Below are positions 25,553 to 38,861 of a stretch of 64,000 bases of DNA, in pieces; position 1 is the stretch's first letter, and each line of letters opens with the position of its first letter. The stretch is from assembly GCA_964016885.1 (NCBI GenBank), contig OZ024743.1, positions 216,194,001 through 216,258,000 of the forward strand, read 5' to 3'. This stretch comes from Eledone cirrhosa. Its lineage: Eukaryota. A program made the position numbers and the translations under genes. The notes below the pieces were generated by a model. The model ran no database searches. It worked only from the letters and a program-made list of their open reading frames with translations, and had not been told where the DNA came from.

Positions 25553-28500
25553 TAGGGAAGAAAACGCACATGGAATCGCTCCCGTAAGTTTTTAATTTTT
25601 ACCTACTTAAAAGAACTGTGATAGAATAATTATTATTACAAATGAAATATAAGATTACAGTTTTGACCCTCAGCAGGCAACAACGCATCACATTACGGCA
25701 TAGGGCCCCAATATTTAATATTTAATTTTGGATCAGAAATGTTATAGTCGAAAAAGAGAAAATGGCTTAGTGGACAGACAGGCAAATAATTTCACCACCC
25801 ACACCACCACTACCACGCCAAAAACACTAGTCAAGTTATCTCAACTTCTATTTCTACTTCAACTTCAACACCATCACTACAGTACTACGATCACATCACC
25901 ACCACCACTGCCTCATTATCGCTACCGCCGCTATTCTCTCCCACTACCTCCTGCTAAGTACTACTAGCACATCACCATCACCACCACTGCCTCATTATCG
26001 CTACCGCCGCTATTCTCTCCCGCTACCTCCTGCTAATACAGGCATCATGGTACTCCCACTAAAAGAGGAAGACATCAAAAGATTTAAGTAGACTGATTTG
26101 ATCACCCGGTCAACAAATCAAAAAATCAAAAATCAAATTCAAAACAGCACAGCAGCAACGAAAAACGTAAAGTAAAGAAAAAAGAAAAGAAAAACAAACA
26201 GACAGACAAGCAAAAAATCTAAGTCAGACATTCAAACATTACATTACAATGAAACTTATGCTTATTTTGGGTGGTTTTTACCTATTTGTTTGTTTGTTTA
26301 TGTTCGTCTACAGCGTGATAGTGCCACGCTAAAATCACCGGTGGTTATGTAACCATACATTCACCAATCCTCGATAAGAGTGTTTCAATGTCGAACCTAA
26401 ACATTTCGAATAACGGTGAAGTGGAGACTGGAATGTCATGTGACAGACTCTCACCCAGCAGGTGCGCCCTGACTCAGCAGCAGGGACCTGGCTGTCAACC
26501 AAATACTGCTGGTGTCGGAGGAAGAAGAAGGAAAGGGACCAGAACCAACTGGACGAAAGAATTGAATAGAACTGTTATGCAATGTTACCTGAAGAGTAAC
26601 CCCAAGGAAAAAGGCTATAGGAAACGGATGCATAACATCTGGAACGAGATAGGTCTATTTAAATTAGATGAACAAAAATTGGCCGGGCAGGCTCGGGTAA
26701 TAAGAACTAATGAGTGGATAAGCGAGCTGGAATTGGAGGAACTGAGCAGAAATGGAGAGTGGAGTATGCCAGGCAAATGAGCCAGTGGGAAATGAAGGTG
26801 AAGAGGTTGAGAGAACGGAGGAACCATCCGAAGCAGACAATGATCTGAATGCTGAAATAAATAATACCTGGAACAAAGATACGGCCATTGAGGAGATGAA
26901 TGCTGACGGGCTAGGACAACATTTGGTAGATATCCTAAACTTAGTGGTAGATGAATTGAAGAATGATAGTGTGAAACCTATGAACCTAAGATTTGTAGAC
27001 AGGAAAAAGTTAAAAGAAACAACAGCTAACGTAAACAAAGTCATCCCATACCTTGAGGCGAGGAGCCTTCACCAGTGCAACAATATCCTCAAAGCAACAA
27101 CAAATGCGTTGAGGAAATTACTTGGCATAAAAGCGAGAGGAAACAACAAACAAGAAAGATCAGAACCTTGGTGGAAGAAACGACTGAATGGTCAAATCAG
27201 GGACATGAGAAATGACATTGGAAAGCTTGAGTTGCTACTGAATGGGACACTAAAAAATATAGACACTAAAAATAGACTGGAAATAAAGTACAAAACTAGG
27301 AGGAAAAGGCTAAATATTATCATAGAGGAACTGAAGCAACGCATTGTATTGTAGCAAAGAGTGCAAAAATTAGGCGATACGAGAGCAGAGTCAGTCAGTA
27401 TAGACAGAACCGCATGTTTGACAACAACCAGAAGATGTTGTTTGGACAGCTTGAAGGGAAAGAAAGAGGCAACGACTTGATCCTTGAGGCGGAACAAACT
27501 AAGACATTTTGGAGAGGAATATGGGAGCAGGATGTTAAACATAATGACCAGGCAGTGTGGATTGAGGCAGTAGAAAAGGAGATTAGTGAACAGGCACACC
27601 AACAAACTGATTTGAGTATCACAGTTGAAACTCTCAAGAGGCAGACGAACAAACTAACCAACTGGAAATCACCAGGCGCAGATGGTGTGCAGGGGTATTG
27701 GATTAAAAATGTAACATCCCTCCACCCGAAATTGACAACATGTTCAACGGCTGCTTGATGTCAGGTGAGGTACCAGAGTGGTTGACAAAAGGTACCACAG
27801 TTCTGGTAATGAAATACCGAATCAAGGGTAATGATGTTACCAACTATAGACCTATCACATGTCTGTCCGTAATGTGGAAACTGTTGACAAGCATTGTGTC
27901 TGAGGGAATCTACCATCACCTCCACACAAACAACTTGTTACCGGACGAACAGAAAGGATGCCGAAAGAAGTCCCGTGGTACAAAGGACCAGTTACTTATT
28001 GAAAAGATGGTAATGAGGAATTGCAAGAGGAGACACACTGGTCTTGCCATGGGATGGATAGGCTACACAAAGGCATTTGACATGGTGCCTCATTCTTGGA
28101 TCACCAAAAGCCTAGAGATCTTCAAGGTAGCAGATAACATCAGACAGTTGTTGAGCAAAAGTATGAAGTCCTGGTAAACAGAGTTAACATCGGCTCGAGA
28201 ATCCTTTGAAGGCGTGAACATCAAGAGAGGTATCTTCCAGGGAGATAGTCTGTCGCCTCTGTTGTTTGTCCTTGCCCTGATGCCCCTGCCCATTATACTG
28301 CGAAAAGTGAGAGCAGGATACACGTTGGGAAAGGGAGAGCTTACCATCAATCACTTCATGGACCATCTGAAACTCTTTGGGACGAGTGAGAAGGAGTTGG
28401 ACGTGCTTGTTGACACTGTCCGTATTTTCAGCAATGATATATGTATGCAATTTGGTATTAGTAAGTGTGGAGTCCTTGTGATGGAGAGGGGTAAATTGAG

Positions 28501-29263
28501 CAGAAACAACGGAATCCAGGTACCAAGAGGTGAGATGATAAAGGAAATTGACACTGAAGAAGGATACAAGTATTTGGGTATTCTGGAGGCTGATAACATC
28601 AAGAACAAAAAAATGAAGGAATTGATAAGATCTGAATACATTCGGAGAGTAAGGAGCGTATTAAAGTCACATCTGAACAGTAGGAATGCCATAAGTGCAG
28701 TAAATTCCCGAACTGTGTCTATTATTAGGTACAGTGCGGGAATTCTGAGATGGAATGTTGTTGAACAAAAAGAAATGGATAGGAAGACTAGGAAGCTATT
28801 GACTATTTACAACATGTTCCACAAGAAGAGTGATGTCGATAGACTCTACTTAAGAACATCTGAAGGTGGAAGAGGTCTTATCAGCATAGAGGACTGTGTT
28901 CATATTGCGAAAAATAACCTACACAAATACGTGACCGATAGTAAGGAGCCAATGCACAGAATTGTACTGAAGGAGAGGACAATAGACCAGGGGATGTCCA
29001 AGGAGGAAATAACAACGAGGAGAAAGAGCAACCTTCATGAAAAATCTCTTCATAGTAACTTCTTTGAGAAAACGGAATTCAGAGTTCCACAGACATAGAA
29101 CTGGTTGAGAAGAGGAGACCTTAAAAGGCTACAGAAGGAATGCTAATGGCTGTGCAAGAGCACTGGCACCTATGTAAAGTAAGCAATTTCCCACATTCTG
29201 AGAAGTGGCATGAGCATAAGCCAGAGTCGGTGATAGAAAAAGATCAGGTGAAGGTGCTATGGG
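25553..29263 (+). mobile_element. R4/Dong family B, 5'-intact copy lacking its 3' end (fused to a family A copy)
   Basis: Leader, then ORF from 26388 (RTNWTKELNRTVMQCY..GYRKRMHNIW) and RT GIFQGDSLSPLLF. ~175 bp deletion at ~29160 removes the knuckle. Confidence 0.88.
25892..26036 (+). repeat. Direct duplication (~66-69 bp x2) in the family B leader
   Basis: CACATCACC..GCCTCATTATCGCTACCGCCGCTATTCTCTCCC..CTCCTGCTAA at 25892 and 25968. Confidence 0.9.
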
Positions 29264-30934
29264 TTGAAGATGAAAAAACAAAGGAATTCCCACAAGAAAT
29301 CTACCTGGCAAGAGAACATCAATCGCCAAATAAACCTTCTCCGATCTGACATAGACATTTTAACAAACTATAAAGTAGGTGAACGTGTTAAACAAACTAA
29401 AGTTAGAAAATTGAAAAAAAAGTACAGTGTAAAATCAACATGTGACATAGACATGCTGATAGAAATAATCAAGCAAAAAGTGTCGGCCAAAGCTGCTCGT
29501 ATAAGGCGCTTTGAAAAACGATCTAGATTCTATAAGGACAATAATATGTTCAAAAACAACCAAAGAAACTTCTACAGAAAAATTGGTAAGTCAACAATAA
29601 CTGCTAAATCAATACCATCCAAGGAGGAAGTGCAAGAATTCTGGGAAAAGATCTGGGCCGAAGAAAGAGTTCATAACATACATGCCCCATGGATAGACAG
29701 ACAAATGAAAGATACAGCTCACCTTGAGGAACAGACATGGGAAAATATAACAGTTGAACAGTTGCGCTTGGCTCTAAGAAAAACCAGCAAATGGAAATCC
29801 CCAGGAAAAGACAAAATACAAAACTTTTGGATAAATGCCTTCACAGAGTCTCATGTGCTGTTAGCCCAACTTTACAATGAAATAGTTAAGGAGCCAGAAA
29901 AGATACCATCATGGCTAGTTAACGGCATTACATTCCTGCTTCCGAAGAATGATGAGACAAACAATCCCAAAAATTACAGACCGATAACTTGCTTGACCAC
30001 AATGTATAAAATTTTAACATCAGTCCTAACTGAATACACATATGACCACCTGATAACAAATGACCTATTTCCCATTGAGCAGAAAGGGTGTAAACGAGGC
30101 TCATATGGCTGTAAGGATCAGCTTCTGGTTAACAAAATGATACTGGAAGATTGTCATAATAGACACAAAAATCTATCGATTGCTTGGATAGATTATAAAA
30201 AAGCATTCGTTAGTTTGCCACACAGTTGGATTGAAAAATGTTTAGAGATTTTCAAAGTATCCCCCGTTGTCAGGAGGTTTTTGTCATTCAGTATGAAGAC
30301 ATGGAAAACGACACTCCTTTTGAATAGTGAAACAAAATCACTGGAAGCTGGAGAAGTTAATATTAAGTGTGGAATTTTTCAGGGTGACTCTTTATCACCG
30401 CTTTTATTCTGCATCGCACTTATACCATTAAGTAAAATGCTCAATGAAACAAAACATGAATATAAAGTCTATGACAAAACCATTAATCAACTGTTCTACA
30501 TGGATGACCTGAAACTATTTGCAAAAAATGATGGACAATTGCAAGGGCTATTATCCACTGTGAAGCAGTTCAGTGATGACATTAAAATGGAGTTTGGACT
30601 AGATAAATGCGCCAAAGCAACGTTCACCAGAGGAAAGCTGCTGAAGAGTTCAGACATTAATCTTGATCGGGGGAACGTGATAAGAGAACTTGATCAAGAA
30701 AAAACTTACAAATATCTAGGTGTTTGTGAAGGAGACGGAATCAAGCACTCGACAATGAGGGAAAGGATAAGGAAGGAATGTTACCGCAGAGTAAGAGCAA
30801 TCCTAAGAACGGAATTGAATGCAAGGAATAGGATCGATGCCATAAACACGCTTGCCATACCAGTAGTAACCTACAGTTACAATGTCATCAACTGGTCAAG
30901 CACAGAGATCCGTAGGCTCGATACAAAAATTTGA
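29264..30934 (+). pseudogene. R4/Dong reverse transcriptase domain (556 aa open segment)
   Basis: KSPGKDKI, NYRPITCL, WIDYKKAF, GIFQGDSLSPLLF, YMDDLKLF, YKYLG; premature TGA at the end. Confidence 0.9.
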
Positions 30935-31085
30935 AAATTCTTAACCATGCACAGAATGCATCACCCTAAAGCAGATATAGATAGAATATATCTCCCTAGG
31001 AAAGAAGGAGGACGTGGTTTAATCCAGTTAGACGTTGCGTTGAAACCTGCAACAATTAGATTATCTAAGGGAATCACATGATTGG

Positions 31086-31928
31086 ATGATCAAACTCGTT
31101 TTGAAACACGAAAGCATCAAAAGATCATATTCCATTACAAAAGATGCACAAAGATACAGTAATGGACTACAAATTTCAGAAGTCCCATTTACTGCTGAAA
31201 TGGAAAACACAGAAAAAGCAAAGCAGGTAAAAGTAACTGCAAAGAAAGAACTGCTACAGAAACTGGCTAAGAAATGGCAAGAAAAGCCTCTGTATGGAAA
31301 ATACCCAGAGCGAGCTAACAATCCTGATGTTGACAAAACTTTAACCCATCAGTGGTTGGCATCCTCTGAACTGAAATCGGAGACTGAAGGACTGATTATA
31401 TCGGCACAAGATCAGTGTCTGCCAATAAAAAATTACCAAGCCAACATAATAAAAAATGGGTGCAGCCCATTATGCCGTGTATGCAAAAAACAACCAGAGA
31501 CCATTGACCATATAATTTCAATGTGCAGTCCTATAGCTCCAACCGAATACGTAAACAGGCAAGACAGAGCTGCACAATACATACATTGGATAATGTGTAA
31601 GCAAAAGAATTGGTGGGAGCATCAACCACCTCCCATACTTGAAAAAGATCACATCTCAATCTTGTGGAACTTTAGCATCCAAACAGACCGAAAAATAGAT
31701 GCAAACAGACCTGATATAATATTGAAAGACTTTCAAAAGAGGGTATGCCTGCTAATTGATATGTCTGTTCCAATAGACAAGAATGTGTCTATAAAAACAT
31801 TTGAAAAATTGGGCAAGTATAAGGACCTGGAGATAGAAATTGGAAAAATGTGGAAATTGAGAACTAAAACAATACCAGTGGCTGTAGGCGCTCTGGGAAT
31901 GATACCTAAGGGGTCTAATGATTACTGA
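31086..31928 (+). pseudogene. R4/Dong CCHC knuckle plus restriction-like endonuclease segment
   Basis: CRVCKKQPETIDHIISMC, RPDIILKD, KLGKYKDL, PVAVGALG. Confidence 0.9.
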
Positions 31929-32185
31929 TGACAAATCCCAGGAAACCTTCGTATAGGAGAAATACAAAAAATAGTACTAATGCCCATATAGTAAGGAAGA
32001 TTCTGTCAATATAAGTACAACACAAGTCTAAACACTAAAATGCATGTGTGAGTATATATGTTCTTTCTTGAACATGGCGGACCTTGTTGTCTCTTGAGGT
32101 CACTGGTTGTGACTTGGTGATAACTCGTATGAACATAAAGCAAGATAAATGCAACTGTAATAATAATAATATTTATAATAATAAT

Positions 32186-32418
32186 GGGAGGTCTAATGAT
32201 TACTTATCGCAAATCCCAGGAAACCCGCGTATAGGAGAAATACAAGATATTACTAATGGGAACTGCCCATATACTAAGGAAGATTCTGTCAATATAAGTA
32301 CATCACAAGTCTAAACACTAAGGATGCATGTGTGAGTATGTATGTTCTTTCTTGAACATGGCGGACCTTGTTGTCTCTTGAGGTCACTGGTTGTGACTTG
32401 GTGATAACTCGTATGAAC
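32186..32418 (+). mobile_element. R4/Dong family A short 3' fragment (terminal ~23 nt missing)
   Basis: Matches 888-1119; AAT tracts on both sides. Confidence 0.85.
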
Positions 32419-32433
32419 AATAATAATAATAAT

Positions 32434-32475
<42 letters not shown>

Positions 32476-32476
<1 letters not shown>

Positions 32477-35400
32477 TTTTCTTTATTAACCACAAGGCTT
32501 TACATAAAGTAGACATTAAGGACAGTACAGGACAATACAGGACGGTACAAATGGGCATTTCTGCGTGTAAAAAAAACAGAGGTTGAAATAAAATAACAAA
32601 GAAAAATTCCCCAATAGGGGGGAGACTTCCGAGGGACATTTGTGGAGAAAGCCCATTAAAAGACCACAGTGGCCCTGACCACCAGGGCAAGTGCCCTCTC
32701 CCAGTTTTCCACCTTTAATTTACAGACACATCCTCAGAGAAGGCCCATTCATTCGGGCCATACTTGCTTCTCTCACCCATCTTTCAACAAAATGCTGGGA
32801 AGAGAGCACTTCCCTCTCTACCCTGATTTTCCTATTCAAATGAAATTTGAAAAATTAATCAGGGCATCACCGAAGAGGTAAGTGCTCGTCTTCAGCCCTT
32901 TCAAACGTGTCCACCATACTATCTCTTTCGCCATGGCCACCAGACAGATAAAAACTGCCTGCCCTTCCCGGCTAAAGGAAGGGGGCGGGGCAATCCTCAC
33001 GATGGACTCAGCTGATAGCTGGATCCGTCCTACACGTGACAGCAGGTGTTCGACATAAACCCACAAGTCAGCAAAGCTCGGACACTGGACGAGTGCGTGC
33101 AGGACGGTTTCGTCGCCCTGCGCGCATCTCGGACATGCCCGGCTGACGGCACCTCCATGCCTGTAGAGTTTATCCCGAACTGGCAAAGCTCCTCGGTAGC
33201 ACTGCCAGGCCAGGGATTTCTGGAAGTTGTCCATAGGCCCCGGCCCGAAAGTCCTTCCGAAGAGATTGGCTAGTTGATTTTCGTCGACGCCTAGAGTTTC
33301 TCCAAGTACGTCGTCGCTCTTCCCCTCCACTAATCCCCTATAGAACGCCAAGGTGGAGTTTCCACCGATCACATTGCCCGATTGGTCGAGGGCTGTGAGC
33401 GCCTGAAGACATTCCAGTCTCCAAGCGCTCCCTCAAGGTCTTCGCTTGACCCAGGACTGCAGCTCCGTCAAGGAGACGAGCTAGGGAAAAACGTGTCTTG
33501 CAAACGGCGACCACACCTGATCACCGTCGAGGAAGAGGTGGAGATGTCGTAGCCTGAGCGCGTGTCTGCGCATCATCAGCCACGGCATGCCCAGCCCTCC
33601 ACGTAGCGGGTGTTGACAGCAGATGGACCGCCTGACCATCGGAGCGCGTCCCTTCCACAAGAAGCCAAACAGCAAACGCTCCAGCGCAGTCAGGCGGGGC
33701 TTAGGACAAGGTACGACGGTCAGGCGGTAGTAGATGACGGATGAGATGTACACATTCGCCACCTCCGCTCGACCTTTCAGGGATAGCTTCCTCTCGGCCC
33801 ATTTCTGGGTGAGAGAAGCCACCCTGCTCGTCACCTCGTCCCAGGTTTGTCCGTCTGGAGGTCTGGACCGAACCAGACCCCTAGCAATTTAACCGGTTCA
33901 TCCGTCCAGCACACGACGACGCTGTTGGACGGCATGGACCTGCCTCTTCAGGTGCCGAGCTGCAGGCCCACTGACTTTTCCTGGTTGATCATTGCTCCTG
34001 TCACCGCTTCGTATTCTCTTAGTGTAGTGCCGATCGCCTCGATGTGTTTTGTGTTCGACACCACTACGGTGACATCGTCGGCATATGCTGACACGGATCT
34101 TCCGCATCCTAGTTCGCGCGGGACCCCCCTCAACGTCTCCAGTTTGTGCAGTAATGGCTCGAGAGGCAATACGTACAATAGGGACGAGAGGGGACATCCT
34201 TGGCGGACCGAGCGCATGATGTTCAACGGTTCCGAAAGGTGACCGTTCACTCTCACTACAGATCAGATGTCGCTGTGCATGGCAGCGATCCAGCCTCTGA
34301 AGACGGGCCCAAAGCCAGCCGCCCTCAGGACTGCCGCTAGGTAACGATGGTCGACCCTATCGAAGGCTTTCGACTGATCTAAATTGATCAAAGACCCACC
34401 CTTGCCAGGTTCCCTAGCTACCCTCTCTACGATGTATCGCATGAGGTGGAGGTTGTCGTGGATGGATCTGTCGGGAATGTCGCATGTCTGTGCCTCTCCC
34501 ACCAGACCACCAACGACAAGCGCCAACCTCTTTGCTAGCACCTTGGCCAAAATCTTGAACTCTGTGTTTAGCAGAGTTATGGGCCTAAAATTATCTATGT
34601 TATCCCCCTTGTTCGGAACCTTTCTCAGCAGCGCCACCGCTCTTTCGGCTCACAGAGCTGGGAATTCTCCCGTTCTGTTGCCAGTTGCAGTAGGCGTCCG
34701 CCAAGAGGCCTCCGAAAAAGTTTGGCATTTGTACGTAAAGTTCATAGGGCAGACCATCCAAACCAGGCGATTTACCCCTTGTGCAACTAGTCATTGCATC
34801 CCGTACCTCAGCGGTCGTTATCGGCTTTTCGCAACACTCCGCCTCAGTGGCCGAAAGCCGCGGCAGTTCGTCGAGGTAGACACTAAAGTCCATCCCACGA
34901 TCCGGCCCGCCACTGCCCCCGACAGTTGAGCGAAGTGTCGCTGAAAAGCTTCACACATTTGCCCGGGATCGAGTAGCATGCGCCCGTCGTGGTCCACCAA
35001 AGACCGGATCGTGGCTTTGTTGCCACGACGCGCCTCCGCCACTCGGGCCCATTGAACGGCTTTCGTCCCCTCGTGTCTGAGAGCACGCACCCTAGCTCTG
35101 ACAACGCAGCCTTCGTGCTTTGCATTGAAGAATTGGTCAAGGGCCAATTTCGCCGCAAGTACGTCGGTCGCGATGCCTTTGCTAAGCGCCTCATCTAATT
35201 TTCTAACTAGTTCTCCCTCTGCTCTATTTTTCTCTATTGTTAAAGTCTTACTAAACCTAATGGACTCTATTCTAATTGCTCTTTTCAGAGCAAACCACCA
35301 CTTGTTGTTTACGATGGCCCCTGTCAACGCCCGCTTAACTAGTTCGCTAATCCGGTCTCTGTAGGCCTTGCGCGCTGGTAAGGACGCGTTTAGCTTCCAG

Positions 35401-38345
35401 TAGCCGGGTCCTCGCCTATGAAGCCTATCTAAGTCAAGCACACAGATCACGAATTTGTGCTCCGTGTAGCTGACTATCTTGAATTGTGGACAGCCTATGC
35501 TAGACCTATCTATTTCCCTACAACATACTCTATCTAGATATGATCTGGATGACCCTATGCGATTTGTCCAAGTCCACATTGGTACATTCGGGAAATCCAT
35601 TCGGTACCTGTCAGACAGTTCAAAACGTCTGAGCAGGTTGGTGAGACTCTTTCACCCTCCTTCCCTATCCACTGATCCCACACAATCCCAGCGTGCATCT
35701 AAGATCCCGTTCCAGTCGCCCACTAACACTAAAGAGCGGGACGTTCCAAGAAAGGTCTCCAGACGCCGGAAGAAATCAGGCCGCCCTGCTCCTGTCGGGG
35801 CATAGACGGCCACTAACCTGAGAGCTTGGCCGTCTCCGCTGGTCACGTCCAGCACCACCAACTCACCTTCTGTGTCCAGGAAGATGGCCCGTATGGCAAG
35901 ATCCAAACCTCTCCAAAAAAGCACAGCAACTACCCCCCCCCCGATCCCGGACGATTGGGAGATGCGTACACATCGTAGCCGCCGAAGATCGGTGCGAAAG
36001 CCTGTGCTTCGGAGATTCTGGTCTCGCTGATGGCCACTACATCTATGTTTAGTGACCTGAGGTCGTTGAGCATGTGGCCCTGCTTCCATAACGAGCCCAA
36101 GCCACGCGCATTTATGCTGCCTATTCTGAGTGAGGTCATGTTGAAAAGGAGTTGAAAAGATGGGAAAGACCACTTACCTTACTTCTCGTAGGGGAAGGAC
36201 GGTTTTTCCATCCTTTTCACTGCTTGTGGCCTCCTCAGGAAGGATGTCCTTATAAATCCTCCTGGAGAGTGCTTGTCGGAAGTCTCCGATGTCTTTGGGG
36301 AATTTTTGTTTTAGTGTCATGTACGTTTTCTGTGTGATGCGAGTGATTTGTATGTGTGGAGGTGGTGTGAATTTTGGGGTTGTTGTGTAGTCTTTTTCTG
36401 TGATGCTGGTGTTGTGTTGGATGTAGTGTAATACTTGCTTGTTGTTCAAATGTAATGCTGTGTAGTGTGTATCGTTTTGGTTGTTTTGTTTTGTTTGCGT
36501 TTGTTGTGGGTTTGTTTCTGTTTCGCATTTTGGTGACTTTTGTGGTGTAGGTGATGGTGGTGTTGGAGTTAATGATGGTGATGGTGTTGGTGTTTGGGTT
36601 GATGGGGTTGGTGATGCTGGTGTGGATGGTGGCATATCTGTCCTAACTTTTTTGTTTCTTAGTTTATTTGTTTCCCTCTGTATTTTGTTTTTGCAGGGGG
36701 AAGGAAGAGAATTTTTTCTTTTTTGGTTTCATTTTTTTTTCCGGATATCGTTTCCCACTCCTCGTCGTCACAATCTGTCTACAGTTGTGATAGGCCGGGG
36801 AGTGGAAAATCCTCCACAGCCGTTAGTTATGGTTGTGGTGTGGTGGATGGTGTAGGCGCTGGTGCTAGTTCTGAAGTGTTGGGCGTTGGTGGTGTTGGTT
36901 TTGCTACTGTTGCTGGGGTTGTTGCTGTTATAGTTGCTTCTGTTGTTGCTGCTACAGTTGTTGCGGCCATCTCTGCTACTGGAGGTGTTGATGGTTGTGT
37001 CACTGGGGTGGGTAGGAGAGGTGGCCTCAACCTTTTAGCCTGAGGGCAGAAAGCCCTTAGGTGGGTTCCTTCACCACAAACGACCCACCTAGGTCTTCTG
37101 CCCTCGACAATTACCGTGAGGTGGCTGCCGTCAGTGAGGTCTATTACCTCTGGGATCTCCTCAATGCTTTTTTGGTCCGCTTGGATTAGGAGCTCCATCC
37201 CAGATCCGGACCAGTTTTCCTGCTTTTCTTTTGCTATTGCTATTATTTTCGTGTTGGCTTCGATGCCGGCGAGGACAGCCGCTATTAGCCAGGGAATTTC
37301 GATGGCCGGTGGAACGTGGGTCACCCTGATCTTTACGAGTCTCTGGCCACAATAGCTTGGGACGAGTGTGAAGCCGTCACTTTTTAATGGGGCCATGGAT
37401 TGTTCTCTAGCCTCCTCTGGTGTTTCAAAGAACACATCCACGGTTCCATACTTTAGCCCACGTCTGATGTGGGTTTTTCTTGCCCACACATGTCCCAAAG
37501 CTTTTTGGATTTGGGACTCGGATGCCCGTTCCACTCGGCGCGATTTTACATTTATTGTTCTATACGACACGGTGCATAGGCGCCGGTGCTCCATTTTATT
37601 AGGTGGGGGGTGAGGCTGACCCTGTACCCATCTTTCTTTACCATTTGTTTGGCATTTTCTAAATCCTCTTGAGTTACCGTGAATGCTTCGAATTGTTTTG
37701 CCACTATGGCGAAACTGAGGGTTGGTTTTATAATGACATTGTTGTTGTTGTTGCTATCCTTATTTGTGTTAATGTTAATTTTAGTTTCAGTTGTGGTAGT
37801 GGTGACGTCAGTCGTCTTTGGTGCGGAAGAGTCCATTTTGCTTAATTTCATTTCTACATCACGAGTTAATTTATTTGTTTTTATTTTGTTTCTGTTGTCG
37901 CGGTGGTGGTGGGGGTGGTGGTTGTCGCGGTGGGGGTGGGGGTGGAGGCTATAACACCTGCAGTCATTGCTAATGGCGGGAAATGAATGTCTGCCTAAGA
38001 CAAATTAAAAATATTGCTACTGCTTATATTTTTTTTTGTGTTGGCAAACGTAGTAACATTTACAATGGTGGTGTCGGTGTGATGTGTTATTTTGTGAGGA
38101 AGGCTTTCAGCTGCTTCGTGCAGAGGGGAATTAGCCATTTTTTTCAAAGAAATTTTTGGATAATAATAAAAGTTAAAATTTTGGGCACAAGGCCCTAATC
38201 TTTTTGGGTGTCCTTTTCGGAAAACAATGTATGTGTGCTTATAAACAGTTAACAATAACATTTTCCATAAATGGCAATTTTTAACAAACGGAAATAACAA
38301 ACCTTTGCGGAGCTAACGATGATACGATTTACTACGTAGGTCGCC
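32476..38345 (-). mobile_element. Tx1 family X copy 2, full length, best preserved
   Basis: ORF2 36139 to 32720 in frameshifted pieces; ORF1 pieces 36827-37594 and 36174-36635; 5' end GGCGACCTACGTAG abuts the microsatellite. Confidence 0.93.
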
Positions 38346-38388
<43 letters not shown>

Positions 38389-38389
<1 letters not shown>

Positions 38390-38778
38390 GGCAAGAATGT
38401 ATCTATAAAAACATTTGAAAAATTGAGCAAGTATAAGGACCTGGAAATAGAAATTGGAAAAATGTGGAAATTGAGAACTAAAACAATACCAGTGGTTGTA
38501 GGCGCTCTGGGAATGATACCTAAGGGGTCTAATGATTACTTATCGCAAATCCCAGGAAACCCGCGTATAGGAGAAATACAAAAGATAGTACTAATGGGAA
38601 CTGCCCATATACTAAGGAAGATTCTGTCAATATATGTACATCACAAATCTAAACACTAAAGATGCATGTGTGAATATGTATGTTCTTTCTTGAACATGGC
38701 GTACCTTGTTGTCTCTTGAGGTCACTGGTTGTGACTTGGTGATAACTCGTATGAACATAAAGCAAGATAAATGCAACT

Positions 38779-38779
<1 letters not shown>
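38389..38779 (+). mobile_element. R4/Dong family A 3' fragment
   Basis: KYKDLEIEIGKMWKL..PVVVGALG..ILRKILSI plus 3'UTR. Confidence 0.88.
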
Positions 38780-38827
<48 letters not shown>

Positions 38828-38861
38828 TAATAATAATAATAATAATGATAATAATATAATA

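Larger units (their letters stand above)
29264..32157 (+). mobile_element. R4/Dong family A, copy lacking the 5' part
   Basis: Homologous to copy 1297-5518 from ~3290 on, but retains the knuckle/RLE. Ends GCAACTG-(TAA)n. Confidence 0.92.
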
